DNA of 64,000 nt from an uncultured Acidobacteriota bacterium (GTDB taxonomy: Bacteria; Acidobacteriota; Terriglobia; Terriglobales; Acidobacteriaceae), in contig CAWBEC010000001.1 of assembly GCA_963787715.1 (NCBI GenBank), positions 1,990,449-2,054,448 of the forward strand, written 5' to 3'. The notes under the pieces are model-generated. The model had not been told where the DNA came from. It did no database searches and worked only from the letters and a program-made list of their open reading frames with translations. This document shows, one piece after another, positions 47,663 to 58,049 of the stretch. The number at the start of each line of letters is the position of its first letter. Position 1 is the first letter of the stretch. The translations under genes and the position numbers were made by a program.

Positions 47663-48948
47663 TGCGTCATACTCGCCCGGCCTCGATTGTTCTGCTTTTG
47701 CTTCTTCTTGCCGCGGCAGGCTTCGCCGACAGCATCACCGGCACGGTCACCAATGGCACGACCGGCAAACCCGCAGCCGGCGTGGACGTCACGCTGGTCG
47801 ATCCCATGGGCGGCATGGCGGAGGTTGCGACCGCGAAGTCTGACTCGCAGGGACGCTTCAAGTTCGAGACTCCCGCCGCGCAAGGCCCACGGCTGGCGCG
47901 CGCCGGGAAGGGCGGAGTCAATTATTTCAAGATGATTACGCCTGGATCGACAAGTGTCGATTTAAGCGTGTACGACGCGGCCTCCTCAGTTGAGGGGATC
48001 AGCGGCTCGGCCGACGTGCTTCGCCTTCAGACTGAGGGCTCCACGTTGCAGGCGACCGAGTTATTTGCGATCAAGAACGATAGCAATCCGCCGCGCACCC
48101 TCGCCTCAGCGGCCACATTTGAATTCGTGCTGCCGGATGGCGCACAGATTGACGCTGCCGAGGCGCAGGCTCCGAATGGCCAGCCCATCGCCGCAAAGGC
48201 CACTCCGGCGAAGGAGAAGAACCACTACGCCTTTGCGTTTGCGATCAAGCCCGGCGAGAGCCGCTTCCAGATCGCCTATCATCTGCCATACAGCGGCAAG
48301 GCGTCGTTTTCTCCACGCCTCACGCATAACTTCGATCACTACGTGCTGATCCTGCCCTCCAGCATGACTTTTACTCCGGGAGATCAGAAGCAGTTCCAGG
48401 CAATGTCCAACCAACCCGGCAGCAATGTAGAGGTCAGCCTTCAGGCAAAGGCCGGTCAGGATCTGAGCTATAGCATTGCGGGCACCGGGGTTGTCCCGGA
48501 CGAGCAGGCCAACGGCCATGCAGACAGCGCAGAAGGTGGAGCGATGGGCGGAGCTTCGGCAGACGCCAACCGCCCCGGTGGCGGACTTGGCAGGCCCATC
48601 GATGCGCCCGATGGATTGGCGAAATATCGCTGGTACATTCTCGGAGCGCTGCTCACGGTTCTGTTTGGTGGCGGTATCTGGACGCGTGAGCGAACGAAGC
48701 TGGCAGAGGCAACGAGCGCGCCGCTTTCCCCGGCGGCTCTGGAGCCTGCTCCGCGATCCGAAGCACAAGCTCGTTCCTCTGCGAATTCGCCGCCTCCGAC
48801 GGATCTGTTACTCGCGGCGCTTAAGGAAGAGCTGTTTCAACTGGAGATCGAGCATCAGCAGGGAAAGCTCACTGGGGATGAGTACGGGAAAGCTCGCGCT
48901 GCTCTGGAACAGACCCTGCAGCGCGCATTGGCAAGAACCCGAAGCTAG
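47662..48948 (+). CDS. CarboxypepD_reg-like domain membrane protein with a CcmI-like C-terminal motif
   Basis: Signal peptide, ITGTVTNGTTGKPAAGVDVTLVD...SDSQGRFKF (carboxypeptidase-regulatory-like fold), a TM helix (WYILGALLTVLFGGGIW), and C-terminal LKEELFQLEIEHQQGKLTGDEYGKARAALE. Its start overlaps the stop of the preceding gene by 1 nt. Confidence 0.55.
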   Translation: MRHTRPASIVLLLLLLAAAGFADSITGTVTNGTTGKPAAGVDVTLVDPMGGMAEVATAKSDSQGRFKFETPAAQGPRLARAGKGGVNYFKMITPGSTSVDLSVYDAASSVEGISGSADVLRLQTEGSTLQATELFAIKNDSNPPRTLASAATFEFVLPDGAQIDAAEAQAPNGQPIAAKATPAKEKNHYAFAFAIKPGESRFQIAYHLPYSGKASFSPRLTHNFDHYVLILPSSMTFTPGDQKQFQAMSNQPGSNVEVSLQAKAGQDLSYSIAGTGVVPDEQANGHADSAEGGAMGGASADANRPGGGLGRPIDAPDGLAKYRWYILGALLTVLFGGGIWTRERTKLAEATSAPLSPAALEPAPRSEAQARSSANSPPPTDLLLAALKEELFQLEIEHQQGKLTGDEYGKARAALEQTLQRALARTRS

Positions 48949-48995
48949 AGAGTTCCTGAGCAAGAGGGTTTTCGTCACTCGAATTGCACTCAGCA

Positions 48996-49026
48996 TTCGG
49001 GCCGTTTCCACGGCCCGAAAGCTTTT
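48996..49026 (+). terminator. Intrinsic terminator ending the ccm operon
   Basis: TTCGGGCCG-tttcca-CGGCCCGAA followed by AGCTTTTG, about 50 nt after the 48948 stop. Confidence 0.55.
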
Positions 49027-49112
49027 GGGGAATTTTCTCTTGCACGACCGATGGATTGCCGCCAACGCTCCTCTTTCCGGGCGCATCTTCGTTTGCTGAG
49101 GATCGGAAAGCT

Positions 49113-49547
49113 ATGTCCCTGCTGCATAAGAGCACGTCCATTTTTGCCAACCGTCTGCCGAAGGTGCTCGGCCCTGGCCTTCATTCCGTTGTGGATTATT
49201 CGTTGGCCGCACTCTTCTTTAGCGCGAGTGCGCTGTTTTGGCGGCGGCATAAGAGTGCATCGGTCAGCGCGCTTCTCTGCGGAGCGGGAGTGGTGCTCAA
49301 CGGCTTGTTCACGGATTATCCGGGCGGAGCAGTTCAGGCGATCAGCTGGGAGACGCACGGGAAGATCGATGCGGGCCTGGCCGGGATCACCGCCGCGATT
49401 CCCCGAATGATGGGTTTTGCCGAAGACGCACAGGCGCGCTTCTTTGAGGCTTCGGCAATCGCGGAGACCCTTGCCGTCGGCTTCACCGATTATCGTGCTC
49501 AGCCGGGAAAGGGACGGCAGAGCCGGATCCGGCGGCGTGCCGCCTGA
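49113..49547 (+). CDS. Hypothetical membrane protein
   Basis: MSLLHKSTSIFANRLPKVLGPGLHSVVDYSLAALFF... with several hydrophobic segments. GAGGA lies upstream of ATG 49113. Confidence 0.45.
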   Translation: MSLLHKSTSIFANRLPKVLGPGLHSVVDYSLAALFFSASALFWRRHKSASVSALLCGAGVVLNGLFTDYPGGAVQAISWETHGKIDAGLAGITAAIPRMMGFAEDAQARFFEASAIAETLAVGFTDYRAQPGKGRQSRIRRRAA

Positions 49548-49631
49548 GGTGGCTGTCGCTATCATCGGATTTTTCAGCGGGTTACGGATTGGCGCGTCCT
49601 TCCACTCTGGGTTAGCATCTACATAGACATT

Positions 49632-50495
49632 ATGGGAAATAACCTTAAGACCGCATTCTTATTGACGGCGATGACCGTCTTTCTGGTACTCGTGGGGCAG
49701 GCGCTGGGAGGCCGCAACGGAGCGGTGATGGCCTTCTGTCTCGCTGCTGCGATGAACTTTGTCTCGTACTTCTTCAGCGACAAGCTGGCGATTATGGCCA
49801 GCGGGGCGAAGCCGGTAACGAGGGAGGAGCTTCCTCGCGTCTACCAGATCGTGGAGCGCCTTACCGCCAAGGCCGGGCTGCCGATGCCGAAGATTTACGT
49901 GATTCCGACCGGCTCGCCGAATGCCTTTGCCACCGGAAGGAACCCCAGTCACGCCTCGGTCGCCGTCACGGCCGGCATTCTCGATCTGCTCAGCGACGAT
50001 GAACTGGAAGGCGTGCTGGCACACGAACTCGGCCATGTCCGCAACCGCGACATTCTTATCAGCTCCATTGCCGCGACCTTTGCCGGAGCCGTCACCATCC
50101 TGGCGCGCATGGCGGGGTATGCTGCCATGTTCGGCGGAGGCGGCCGTGATCGCGATCGCGACGGCGGCGGCGGTGTCTTGGGCGCGCTGGCAATGATGAT
50201 CCTTGCTCCGATTGCCGCCCTGCTCATTCAGATGGCTGTTTCGCGCTCGCGCGAATACCAGGCCGATGCGACCGGCGCACACTTTACCGGGAATCCCGGC
50301 GCTTTGGCCAGCGCGCTCCGCAAGATGGAAAGCTATGCGCACCGGGTTCCGATGCAAGCCTCTCCCGCCACGGCGCACATGTATATTATTCAGCCGCTGC
50401 TTGGCGGCATCAGCTTCGGCAACCTGTTCTCGACCCATCCGCCCACCGCGGAGCGTATTGCGCGGCTGACCGGTATGCGCCCCGACAGTTATTAA
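49632..50495 (+). CDS. htpX: Zinc metalloprotease HtpX
   Basis: 287-aa M48 peptidase with TM helices and [10 protein letters not shown] (HExxH). Confidence 0.9.
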   Translation: MGNNLKTAFLLTAMTVFLVLVGQALGGRNGAVMAFCLAAAMNFVSYFFSDKLAIMASGAKPVTREELPRVYQIVERLTAKAGLPMPKIYVIPTGSPNAFATGRNPSHASVAVTAGILDLLSDDELEGVLAHELGHVRNRDILISSIAATFAGAVTILARMAGYAAMFGGGGRDRDRDGGGGVLGALAMMILAPIAALLIQMAVSRSREYQADATGAHFTGNPGALASALRKMESYAHRVPMQASPATAHMYIIQPLLGGISFGNLFSTHPPTAERIARLTGMRPDSY

Positions 50496-50571
50496 ACTTT
50501 CGATTTGGGCGGAAGCAAAACGGGGCTCTTTGTGTTTTGCCCGAAGGGGCGCAGCGGATACAATCAAGCAA

Positions 50572-51528
50572 ATGTCGCAAGCACCCGGTTCAACCCTTCA
50601 ACGCGCTGCTGAATTGGAGAGCGCGCTGCGCTCCATCATCCGTGGCAAGGACGATGTGGTCCGTCTCGCCCTGGTCGCGATTCTTGCGCGCGGGCATCTG
50701 CTGATCGAAGGTGTTCCGGGGGTTGGCAAAACCACCCTCGCTCACGCCCTGGCGCGTGCCATCGATTGTGATTTCCGCCGTGTGCAGTTCACCAGTGACA
50801 TGCTGCCCAGCGACGTGCTCGGCATCTCTGTGTACTCCACCTCCGAGGAAGAGTTCGAGTTCAAGCGCGGCCCCATCTTCACCAATATCCTGCTTGCCGA
50901 CGAGATCAACCGCACTACGCCGAAGACCCAGTCGGCATTGCTGGAGGCGATGAACGAGCGCCAGGTTACCGTGGAAGGTCATCCGCACCTGCTGCCCAAT
51001 CCGTTCCTGGTCGTCGCCACGCAGAACCCCGTCGAACACCACGGAACCTATCCTTTGCCTGAGTCGCAGCTTGACCGCTTTCTGATTCGCGCCCGCATGG
51101 GTTATCCCGAGCCGGGCAGTGAACGCGAGATTCTGCGCGGACACGCCGGCGCGGCCCGCCTGGAAGAGCTGCGCCCGGTGCTCACCGCAGAGGAGGTGGT
51201 TGCGTTGCAGGATGAGGTTTCCACGGTGCGTGTGGAAGACTCGCTGATCGATTACTCGCTGGCCATTGTCGAGCGCACGCGTCAGCACGAGCAGCTATCG
51301 CTGGGAGTTTCGCCGCGAGGCTCGCTGATGCTCTACCACGCGGCGCAGGCCATGGCATTCCTGGAGGGCCGCAACTTCTGCACTCCGGACGATTTCAAGA
51401 AGCTCACCGTGCCAACCTTTGCGCACCGGCTTGTGGTCAGTGCGCGCTATACCTCGACGCTCAAGCGCGCCGAGCAATCCGAGCAGATCCTGCGCGAAGT
51501 TGTCGATAGCGTTCCCGTGCCAGTTTAG
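50572..51528 (+). CDS. MoxR family AAA+ ATPase
   Basis: Walker A GVPGVGKTT, Walker B LLADEINRTTPKTQSALLEAM, and VVATQNP. Confidence 0.9.
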   Translation: MSQAPGSTLQRAAELESALRSIIRGKDDVVRLALVAILARGHLLIEGVPGVGKTTLAHALARAIDCDFRRVQFTSDMLPSDVLGISVYSTSEEEFEFKRGPIFTNILLADEINRTTPKTQSALLEAMNERQVTVEGHPHLLPNPFLVVATQNPVEHHGTYPLPESQLDRFLIRARMGYPEPGSEREILRGHAGAARLEELRPVLTAEEVVALQDEVSTVRVEDSLIDYSLAIVERTRQHEQLSLGVSPRGSLMLYHAAQAMAFLEGRNFCTPDDFKKLTVPTFAHRLVVSARYTSTLKRAEQSEQILREVVDSVPVPV

Positions 51529-51556
51529 TTTTCACCTTCTCTTCGGAGGTTCGGCT

Positions 51557-52051
51557 TTGTCATTTCTGCGCTCTATTAAGCTGCTCTCGTTGTCGCTGTG
51601 GCTCGGCTCGTTCTTCTTTTTCGCCCTGGTGGTGGCACCTGCCCTGTTCTCCTTGCTGCCCTTGCGCCAACTTGCCGGAATGGTCGTAACCCGCTCGCTC
51701 AACAACCTGCATTGGATCGGCATTGTGTGCGGTCTGGTCTTTCTGCTCTGCTCTGTCTTGCTCGCGATTCTGCACGGAGACTCGGCGCCCTTTCATCCCC
51801 GCGATCTGCTGCTTGTGGCGATGATGGCCATCACGCTCTCGGCTCACTTCGGCATCGAACGCCACATGAACAACCTGCGCGACAGCATGGGCGTCATAGA
51901 CCAAGTCGCGCATGACGACCCACGCCGGGTCGAGTTCAATCGTTTGCACATCTGGTCCACCCGGATGGAGAGCTCGGTCTTTGTCCTCGGGCTTGTGCTG
52001 TTCTTTCTTGAGGTTCGCGCGCAAACATCCAACCAGAGAAGAACATATTAG
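51557..52051 (+). CDS. DUF4149-like membrane protein
   Basis: GGAGG, then 7 nt, then TTG 51557. (M)SFLRSIKLLSLSLWLGSFFFFALVVAPALF... with four hydrophobic helices. Confidence 0.55.
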   Translation: MSFLRSIKLLSLSLWLGSFFFFALVVAPALFSLLPLRQLAGMVVTRSLNNLHWIGIVCGLVFLLCSVLLAILHGDSAPFHPRDLLLVAMMAITLSAHFGIERHMNNLRDSMGVIDQVAHDDPRRVEFNRLHIWSTRMESSVFVLGLVLFFLEVRAQTSNQRRTY

Positions 52052-52087
52052 GCAAGAACGAGCGCCGGTCTGCACGCTTCCAATCAG

Positions 52088-53320
52088 TTACGCTGCTTCG
52101 GTGCTTTCGGTGCTGGAGAACGCGGATAGAGTGCGACGGGCACTGGCCCGGGCAGCTTCCATCAGGACAAAAAACATCTTCGCACGGAATCCGGGCAAGG
52201 TATTCGAAAACACATGTACGGTGCCTTCCTTAAAGATCTCACCACCGATGCGCCGGATATGTTCCTGACTCCCCTCGCCGAGATCCACTCGCCGCACACC
52301 GGCGGCAGCCAGGTTTTCAAACGCCCACGCGGTCAGCAACGATCCAACGGAGAATAAGCAAAGGACGGATCGTAGCCGACGTGTTGACAATAGAATGTGC
52401 CTTGATAGAGCTGGCCAATCAAGAACGCGCGAGGCAGGCCTTCGAGATAGAGAACAAAGATGCGGAGCCATCCCTTTGTCGCAAAGAACTTAAGCTCATT
52501 GTGGATTTGAGGCGTATTCAAGAATTTGTAGCCGGAGCAATACTGCCACGTGGTGACTAAGACCTTTGTGGCGTCGCCAATGCCGCTCTCTACTTCGCTG
52601 GAGTGAGAAAAGCACTTGAAGCTGATTTTGTCTGGGAAACGCATTTTGGAGGATGCGTGTCTTCCTTCTCAATTCTCGTTTCGCTTTTCCAGAAAAGGTT
52701 GAGGGAGGGGCCCCTGCCGCTGCGGCTAAGGGCAAGACCGAGCAACAGAAGACTTTAGAAACGCGTGCTTTCAGGTTCTTGCCGAGTTCGTGCAAGAGAT
52801 CTGAATCCATCGGCAAGCGCCGAAAGCATAGTACGTCCATATCGCCCCGCTGAATGGCATTGAGCAGTGCCGAAACCAATAGCTTATCAATGCCCGACGA
52901 TTGGCACCCTAGCCGACCGCCGTTTGCAATTTCAAGCACCTCGGCTTTGGGACCGGGAATGTGAAGGCCGGCGATCGTGGCCGACATCCTGCGCTTTCTC
53001 ACCCGCCCCAGGAGCATCGCCTGGGGCCCTCTTTCGTCGTACACCGTAATCACATACGGACGCAGAACCGTCGAATCGTTCCTAAGGTTATACAGGTAGT
53101 AGTCGAGGTCGGTATCCAGGCAATGGGGCCACGCGCTCCAAAGTGGCCTGAGTCTCTCGACCTCCTCTATGGTGGTGGCAACGCGTGCGGTGAGTTGGCC
53201 GTCTTCTACAACCCCCGGTGCAGCGGGGCGATAACTGGAAGTAGGGCTGGAAATAGGGCTGACCGAATGTACGCTCTCGTATGACAAGTCTGCTTCGGGG
53301 CCAAGCTCATGCATGTTCAT
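52088..53320 (-). pseudogene. GNAT family (CelD/BioF2-like, FemAB-type) acetyltransferase, two frame breaks as sequenced
   Basis: There are three collinear fragments: ...RRKTRILQNAFP / DKISFKCFSHSSEVE...FYCQHVGYDPSFAY / SVGSLLTAWAFENLAAAGVRRVDLGEGSQEHIRRIGG.... The breaks are at ~52625-52645 and ~52362-52368. Confidence 0.65.
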
Positions 53321-53584
53321 CTCAGCTACCTTGATCAGTCGAATTGTCGAAGGTTCGTGCTCCTCCACTCTAAGAAGACAATAGATTCGCGAGAGTTTGC
53401 CCGAGTTGCTGTCCAACTCCCGACAAAGCAAAGCTGCTGCTGGATATCGAAAGTGGAATTTTGCGCTCTGCGCCTTAACCCCTCCCGTCGTTTATCATGG
53501 AACAGAACACGTTCTCTCGTGGTGCGTTGCCAGCCTAAGGTGTCGCCCCGCGGCGGATCTTGAAACGGAATCGTAAAGATCAAT

Positions 53585-54670
53585 ATGAAGACTGGAATCA
53601 TCGGTCTGCCCCAGGTGGGCAAGACCTCGCTATTCAAGATCCTTACCCGCGCGGATATCTCGCACCGCAGCTCCAACCCGCGCGAGGCGCACATCGGCGT
53701 TGCCACCGTACCCGACGATCGTCTCGACCGCCTCGCCAAGCTCTGCAACCCGCGCAAACTGGTTCACGCCCAGGTGGAGTACGCCGACGTGGGCGCGATC
53801 GGGCAGGAGGCTCTGAAGGAGACCGCTTATCTGGCGAATCTTCGCGGCGTCGACGCACTCGTCCATGTGCTGCGCGTCTTTGAGGAGGACTCCATCCCCC
53901 ACGTTGGCGGCACACTCGATCCCGTTCGCGATATCTCGAACGTCGAGTTCGACCTGATGGTCAGCGATCTTGGACAGGTGGAAGCGCGTCTGGAGCGCAT
54001 GAAGAAGGATCTGCTGAAGAAGAGGACTCCGGAGCTGGAAAAGGAAAACGAACTGCTGCAGCGCGCGAAGGCCTTCCTTGAGAGCGAGCGTCCGCTGCGC
54101 GAGATGGAGATGACGAAGGAGGAGAAAAAGGTCGTTCGCGGCTTCATGTTCCTCTCTGAGAAGCCGATCCTCTACGTTCTCAACATCAGCGAGAGCACAA
54201 CCTTGGGAGCCGACCTGGATGCCGCGGTGGAAAAATTCGGACTCACCGCCTACGCCGCCAAGCCCAACACCGGGGCTAGCGCCATCTGCGGCAAGGTGGA
54301 AGCCGAACTGGCGGATATGAGCGACGAAGAAGCAGCCGAGTTCCTGGGCAGCTACGGATTGACCGAGAGCGGCCTTACCCGCCTCATACGCAAAAGCTAC
54401 GAATTACTCGGACTGATGTCATTCTTCACCGTCGGCGAGGACGAGTGCCGCGCCTGGACGATCGAGAAGCACACTCGCGCGCAGGACGCTGCCGGGGCCA
54501 TTCACACCGATCTGCAGAAGCACTTTATCCGCGCCGAGACGATTCGCTGGGACGCGTTGCTCGAACTCGGCTCCGAGGCCGCCGCGCGTGCCGCCGGTAA
54601 GTTGCGGCTCGAGGGCAAGGAATACATCGTGCAGGACGGCGACATTCTCCACATCAGGCACAGCGGCTAG
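53585..54670 (+). CDS. ychF: Redox-regulated/ribosome-binding ATPase YchF
   Basis: MKTGIIGLPQVGKTSLF (G1 motif), a coiled-coil insert, and a TGS-like C-terminus (...IVQDGDILHIRHSG). Confidence 0.95.
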   Translation: MKTGIIGLPQVGKTSLFKILTRADISHRSSNPREAHIGVATVPDDRLDRLAKLCNPRKLVHAQVEYADVGAIGQEALKETAYLANLRGVDALVHVLRVFEEDSIPHVGGTLDPVRDISNVEFDLMVSDLGQVEARLERMKKDLLKKRTPELEKENELLQRAKAFLESERPLREMEMTKEEKKVVRGFMFLSEKPILYVLNISESTTLGADLDAAVEKFGLTAYAAKPNTGASAICGKVEAELADMSDEEAAEFLGSYGLTESGLTRLIRKSYELLGLMSFFTVGEDECRAWTIEKHTRAQDAAGAIHTDLQKHFIRAETIRWDALLELGSEAAARAAGKLRLEGKEYIVQDGDILHIRHSG

Positions 54671-54673
54671 CCG

Positions 54674-55412
54674 ATGCATCCCATCACACTCATCGTTCTG
54701 CTCGGACTCACCGCCGGTGTTGCCAATGTCGCCGGCGGCGCATTGCTCTCTCACCGCGAGTGGGAGCAACGCTATCTCAAGTACTTCATGGCCCTCGGCG
54801 CAGGATTCATGCTCGCCACCTCCATCACTGAGATGGTGCCCGCCAGCGTCAACATAGAAGGCGGCGAACACGCCGGCTTCCTGGTGCTGCTCGGATATCT
54901 CATCATTCATTTTTGCGAACACGTGGTCTCAGGGCACTTCCACTTCGGAGCCGAGACGCATCACGATGAGTTCTTGAATCATCACAAGAGCACGACCGTA
55001 CTGCTGGGCATGGTCATTCATGCGTTCTTCGACGGCATTGCGATCGCCTCCGGCTTCCTGGTCTCCAACTGGCTGGGCTGGATCGTCTTTCTCGCCATCG
55101 TTCTGCATAAAATTCCCGAGGGTTTTACGGTCTCATCGGTGATGCTGGCCAGCGGACGAAGCACGGTGCGAGCCTTTGGCGCCTCCATTGTCCTCGGCGT
55201 CGCGAACCGTGCTCGGCGCGCTGACTATGGTGGTGATCCGTCACGGCGTCGCAATCGGACTGCCCGTCTCTGCCGGAGTGACAATTTACGTGGCCGCCTC
55301 CGACATTGTGCCGGAAGTCAACCGCGAGCCTGGTATCCGCATGCCGCTGCTGCTCTTTGTCGGTGTCGCTATGCTCTTCGTGCTTGACCAACTGTTTCAC
55401 GTGCACATCTAA
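54674..55412 (+). pseudogene. zupT: ZIP family metal transporter, one frame break as sequenced
   Basis: ...HAFFDGIAIASGF...LHKIPEGFTVSSVM...FGASIVLGV continues in another frame as TVLGALTMVVIRHGVAIGLPVSAGVTIYVAASDIVPE.... The break is at ~55203-55210. Confidence 0.85.
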
Positions 55413-55508
55413 ACGGATGGGAGTGGAGCGCTGATTCTCGAAGGGTTGACTTGTTAGCAGGTGGCAGCGATTCTTACGGTGGTTATTTTTCTACGAGGAG
55501 CTTAAAGA

Positions 55509-56444
55509 ATGCGCATTCTCGTGGTCGGCGCAGGAGCAACCGGCGGCTACTTTGGTGGAAGATTGCTGGAAGCAAAGCAGGATGTTACCTTCCTTGTCCG
55601 CTCGAGACGGGCCGCGCAATTAGCGGGATCGGGCCTGCAGATTCAGAGCGCTTTCGGCGATGTGTCGATCCCGCAACCTCCAACGGTTCTGGCCGAAGAT
55701 CTTCATGAGAGCTTCGACCTCATTCTGCTCAGTTGCAAGGCCTACGACCTTGAAAGCGCGATGGAGTCATTTGCGCCCGCAGTCGGACCAGAGACGGTAA
55801 TTCTTCCCGTGCTCAATGGGATGCGGCACTTGGATGTTCTCGACCAGCGTTTTGGCTCATCCCACGTTCTCGGCGGGCTCTGCGTGATCTCTGCGGCGTT
55901 GGACCCGGGCGGCCGCATTCTGCACCTGAATGACCTGCACCTCATCTCCTTCGGTGAGCGCGATGGTTCGCGCAGCGCGCGTGTTGAGGCGATTGCGTCG
56001 GCATTTTCAGGGGCACGCTTCGTTTCCCGCCTCAGCGAGGTCATTCTTCAGGAGATGTGGGAAAAGTGGGTCTTCATCGCCAGTTTGGCCGGCATCACTT
56101 GCCTGATGCGCGCCAGCATCGGCGATATCGTCGCCGCAGAAGGGGCGCCCTTTGCCATCCAACTGCTGGATGAATGCGACGCGATCGCCTCCAGCCAGGG
56201 CTTTCCCAGCCGGCCAGCCTCGATTGAGAAAAACCGGACGATTCTTACCCAGGCCGGTTCGCCACTGGCTGCTTCCATGTTCCGTGACATCGAGCGTGGC
56301 GCGCCCATCGAAGCCGATCACATGATCGGCGATCTGCTGCGCCGCGGTGAGCAGCGGCAGATCGCGAGCCCTTTACTGCGTCTGGCCTTTGCCCACCTGA
56401 AGACCTATGAAGTTCGCCGCACGCTAGAGGCGGCACGGAGCTGA
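55509..56444 (+). CDS. panE: 2-dehydropantoate 2-reductase
   Basis: MRILVVGAGATGGYFGG (Rossmann fold), ...LLSCKAYD..., and a C-terminal ApbA/PanE domain. Confidence 0.85.
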   Translation: MRILVVGAGATGGYFGGRLLEAKQDVTFLVRSRRAAQLAGSGLQIQSAFGDVSIPQPPTVLAEDLHESFDLILLSCKAYDLESAMESFAPAVGPETVILPVLNGMRHLDVLDQRFGSSHVLGGLCVISAALDPGGRILHLNDLHLISFGERDGSRSARVEAIASAFSGARFVSRLSEVILQEMWEKWVFIASLAGITCLMRASIGDIVAAEGAPFAIQLLDECDAIASSQGFPSRPASIEKNRTILTQAGSPLAASMFRDIERGAPIEADHMIGDLLRRGEQRQIASPLLRLAFAHLKTYEVRRTLEAARS

Positions 56445-56681
56445 TAGACCTGGAGAAGCAGCGATGCAAAAAGAAGGGCGCATTCGTCGTCGATTGCGCC
56501 CCTATCAGGAGGTTTCTTGCCCTGCCAACAAACTTTGCTGAATGGATGCTCAGTAAGCCGGGAAAGGATGCACTGTTGTCGCCGGGAGGAACCGATTTCG
56601 ACACGGTATGCAACCTGATGGCGTTGAGCACTTGCTCGAATGGCGGCTGTAAATCTTAGGAAATGCGGACTGTTTGTTGCC

Positions 56682-57045
56682 TTATTTACTGACCGGCATC
56701 GCCTGATTCCATTCTCTTTCAATCATCACCACCATTAATTCGTGTTTCGCGCGGAAGGCTAACGTATCGTTTTCCGTGTAGCACGCACAGACATATTGAT
56801 GCAGCAGGTTGTTGAGCTTGTGAACATCGGCCCCGGTTTGATTTCGTTGCACAGCAACAATTAGTCCCATATCCGGTTTCATATCGTCTCGTCTTAGGTC
56901 CCAATCAACCTCTGCTTTGTCGTCCAGCTATTTGGATGGTGCCGTCGTCGCGTCCTGTTAACGGACTTTGTGGCTCGGAACCATGAACGTAAACACGAGC
57001 ATGCGAGTCTTTCGCTCTATGCAAATCATCTGAGATGGATTTCAT
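56682..57045 (-). CDS. Hypothetical small protein(s); possibly one ~120-aa gene split by a 1-nt frame break
   Basis: An ORF not in the track, MKSISDDLHRAKDSHARVYVHGSEPQSPLTGRDDGTIQIAGRQSRG* (57045-56905), has an AAGGA SD. The next frame continues LDDKAEVDWDLRRDDMKPDMGLIVAVQRNQ... into track ORF 56682-56882, which has no SD of its own. The junction is at ~56926-56933. Confidence 0.35.
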
Positions 57046-57434
57046 GAAGATCCTTCGGGTTCAAATGCCACCTGTGCAGCCTTCCCAATGACAGTGCTGG
57101 TGGAATGGCGGCAATCGTAGCTAGAGTGGCGGCGCACGGCAAGGTCGCGGAACTGGTGCAAGGCCGGGCTTTTGCACTGCCTTTGCACGGCTTTTTTCAC
57201 AGTTCATCGCCCGCAACCAGCGGCTTGGCCTTAAGCAAAACCAGCTTGCAATGCTTGCACCTGTGCAGAGGCAATGAGCGAGTCGTCACCGCTCGGCTTC
57301 AAAACAAATGCGGAAGCTGAGGTGCGCCGTAACCGCCGAACACGAAAAAAATGCTGCAAAGGAATGCCGCGAATAGTTACACGGCTGAGGACTTGTTGGT
57401 ATTTGCTTGAAAACAAAAACGAAGAAGGAAGGAT

Positions 57435-57509
57435 TGGTAGCGCTACCGGGAATCGAACCCGGGTTTTAAGATTGAGAATCTCACGTCCTAACCCCTAGAC
57501 GATAGCGCC
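57435..57509 (-). tRNA. tRNA-Glu (CTC anticodon)
   Basis: The reverse complement folds as acceptor GGCGCTA/TAGCGCT (G1-U72), D arm GTCT/GGAC, anticodon arm TGAGA-TTCTCAA-TCTTA, T arm CCGGG-TTCGATT-CCCGG, with an encoded CCA. Confidence 0.95.
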
Positions 57510-57598
57510 ACAAGAACAGCTTCAATATAACAAAACCAGCGGCCAACGCCAAACTGAGCGCGCTGCGTTTGCTTGATGGTTTTGCGATTCGCTCCGAC

Positions 57599-57989
57599 TT
57601 AATCGTGCTCGTCGGGATGCAGGCCGATGTTGGTTTCGCCGGCGGCCTTCTTTTCCCAATATTTTTTCACCCAGGCTTCCCAACTCTTGCCGGCAGCGGT
57701 GTCGCGTCCGGTAAAAGCCAGCGCGGCGATGTCCGCATAGGCGATGTCGCGTCTCTGCTGACTCTCCTGCGGCAAGACACGCACGTAGGAATCAGCGAGC
57801 GATTTGCCGGTTCGGCGATCGAAGACGTAGCCGACGACGCTCCTCCCCGCTCTTCAGCGTGATCGTGACGTCGCCCCGGTAATCGAACGCCTGTTCCAGT
57901 GCTGCGCGCAGATCGCTCTCAGCGGCCAGCGCCGGAACCCATCCCTGCAATGTTTCGCGCGTCACTGTGTCCATCTCCTGCGTGCTCAT
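57599..57989 (-). pseudogene. Hypothetical protein, one frame break as sequenced
   Basis: MSTQEMDTVTRETLQGWVPALAAESDLRAALEQAFDYRGDVTITLKSGEE continues in another frame as VVGYVFDRRTGKSLADSYVRVLPQESQQRRDIAYADIAALAFTGRD...LHPDEHD. The break is at ~57838-57850. Confidence 0.5.
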
Positions 57990-58049
57990 CGGGTGGCCTG
58001 CGGTGTGGCTTGCGATTCAACACGGGACTCGACATGGGAGTCATTGGAA

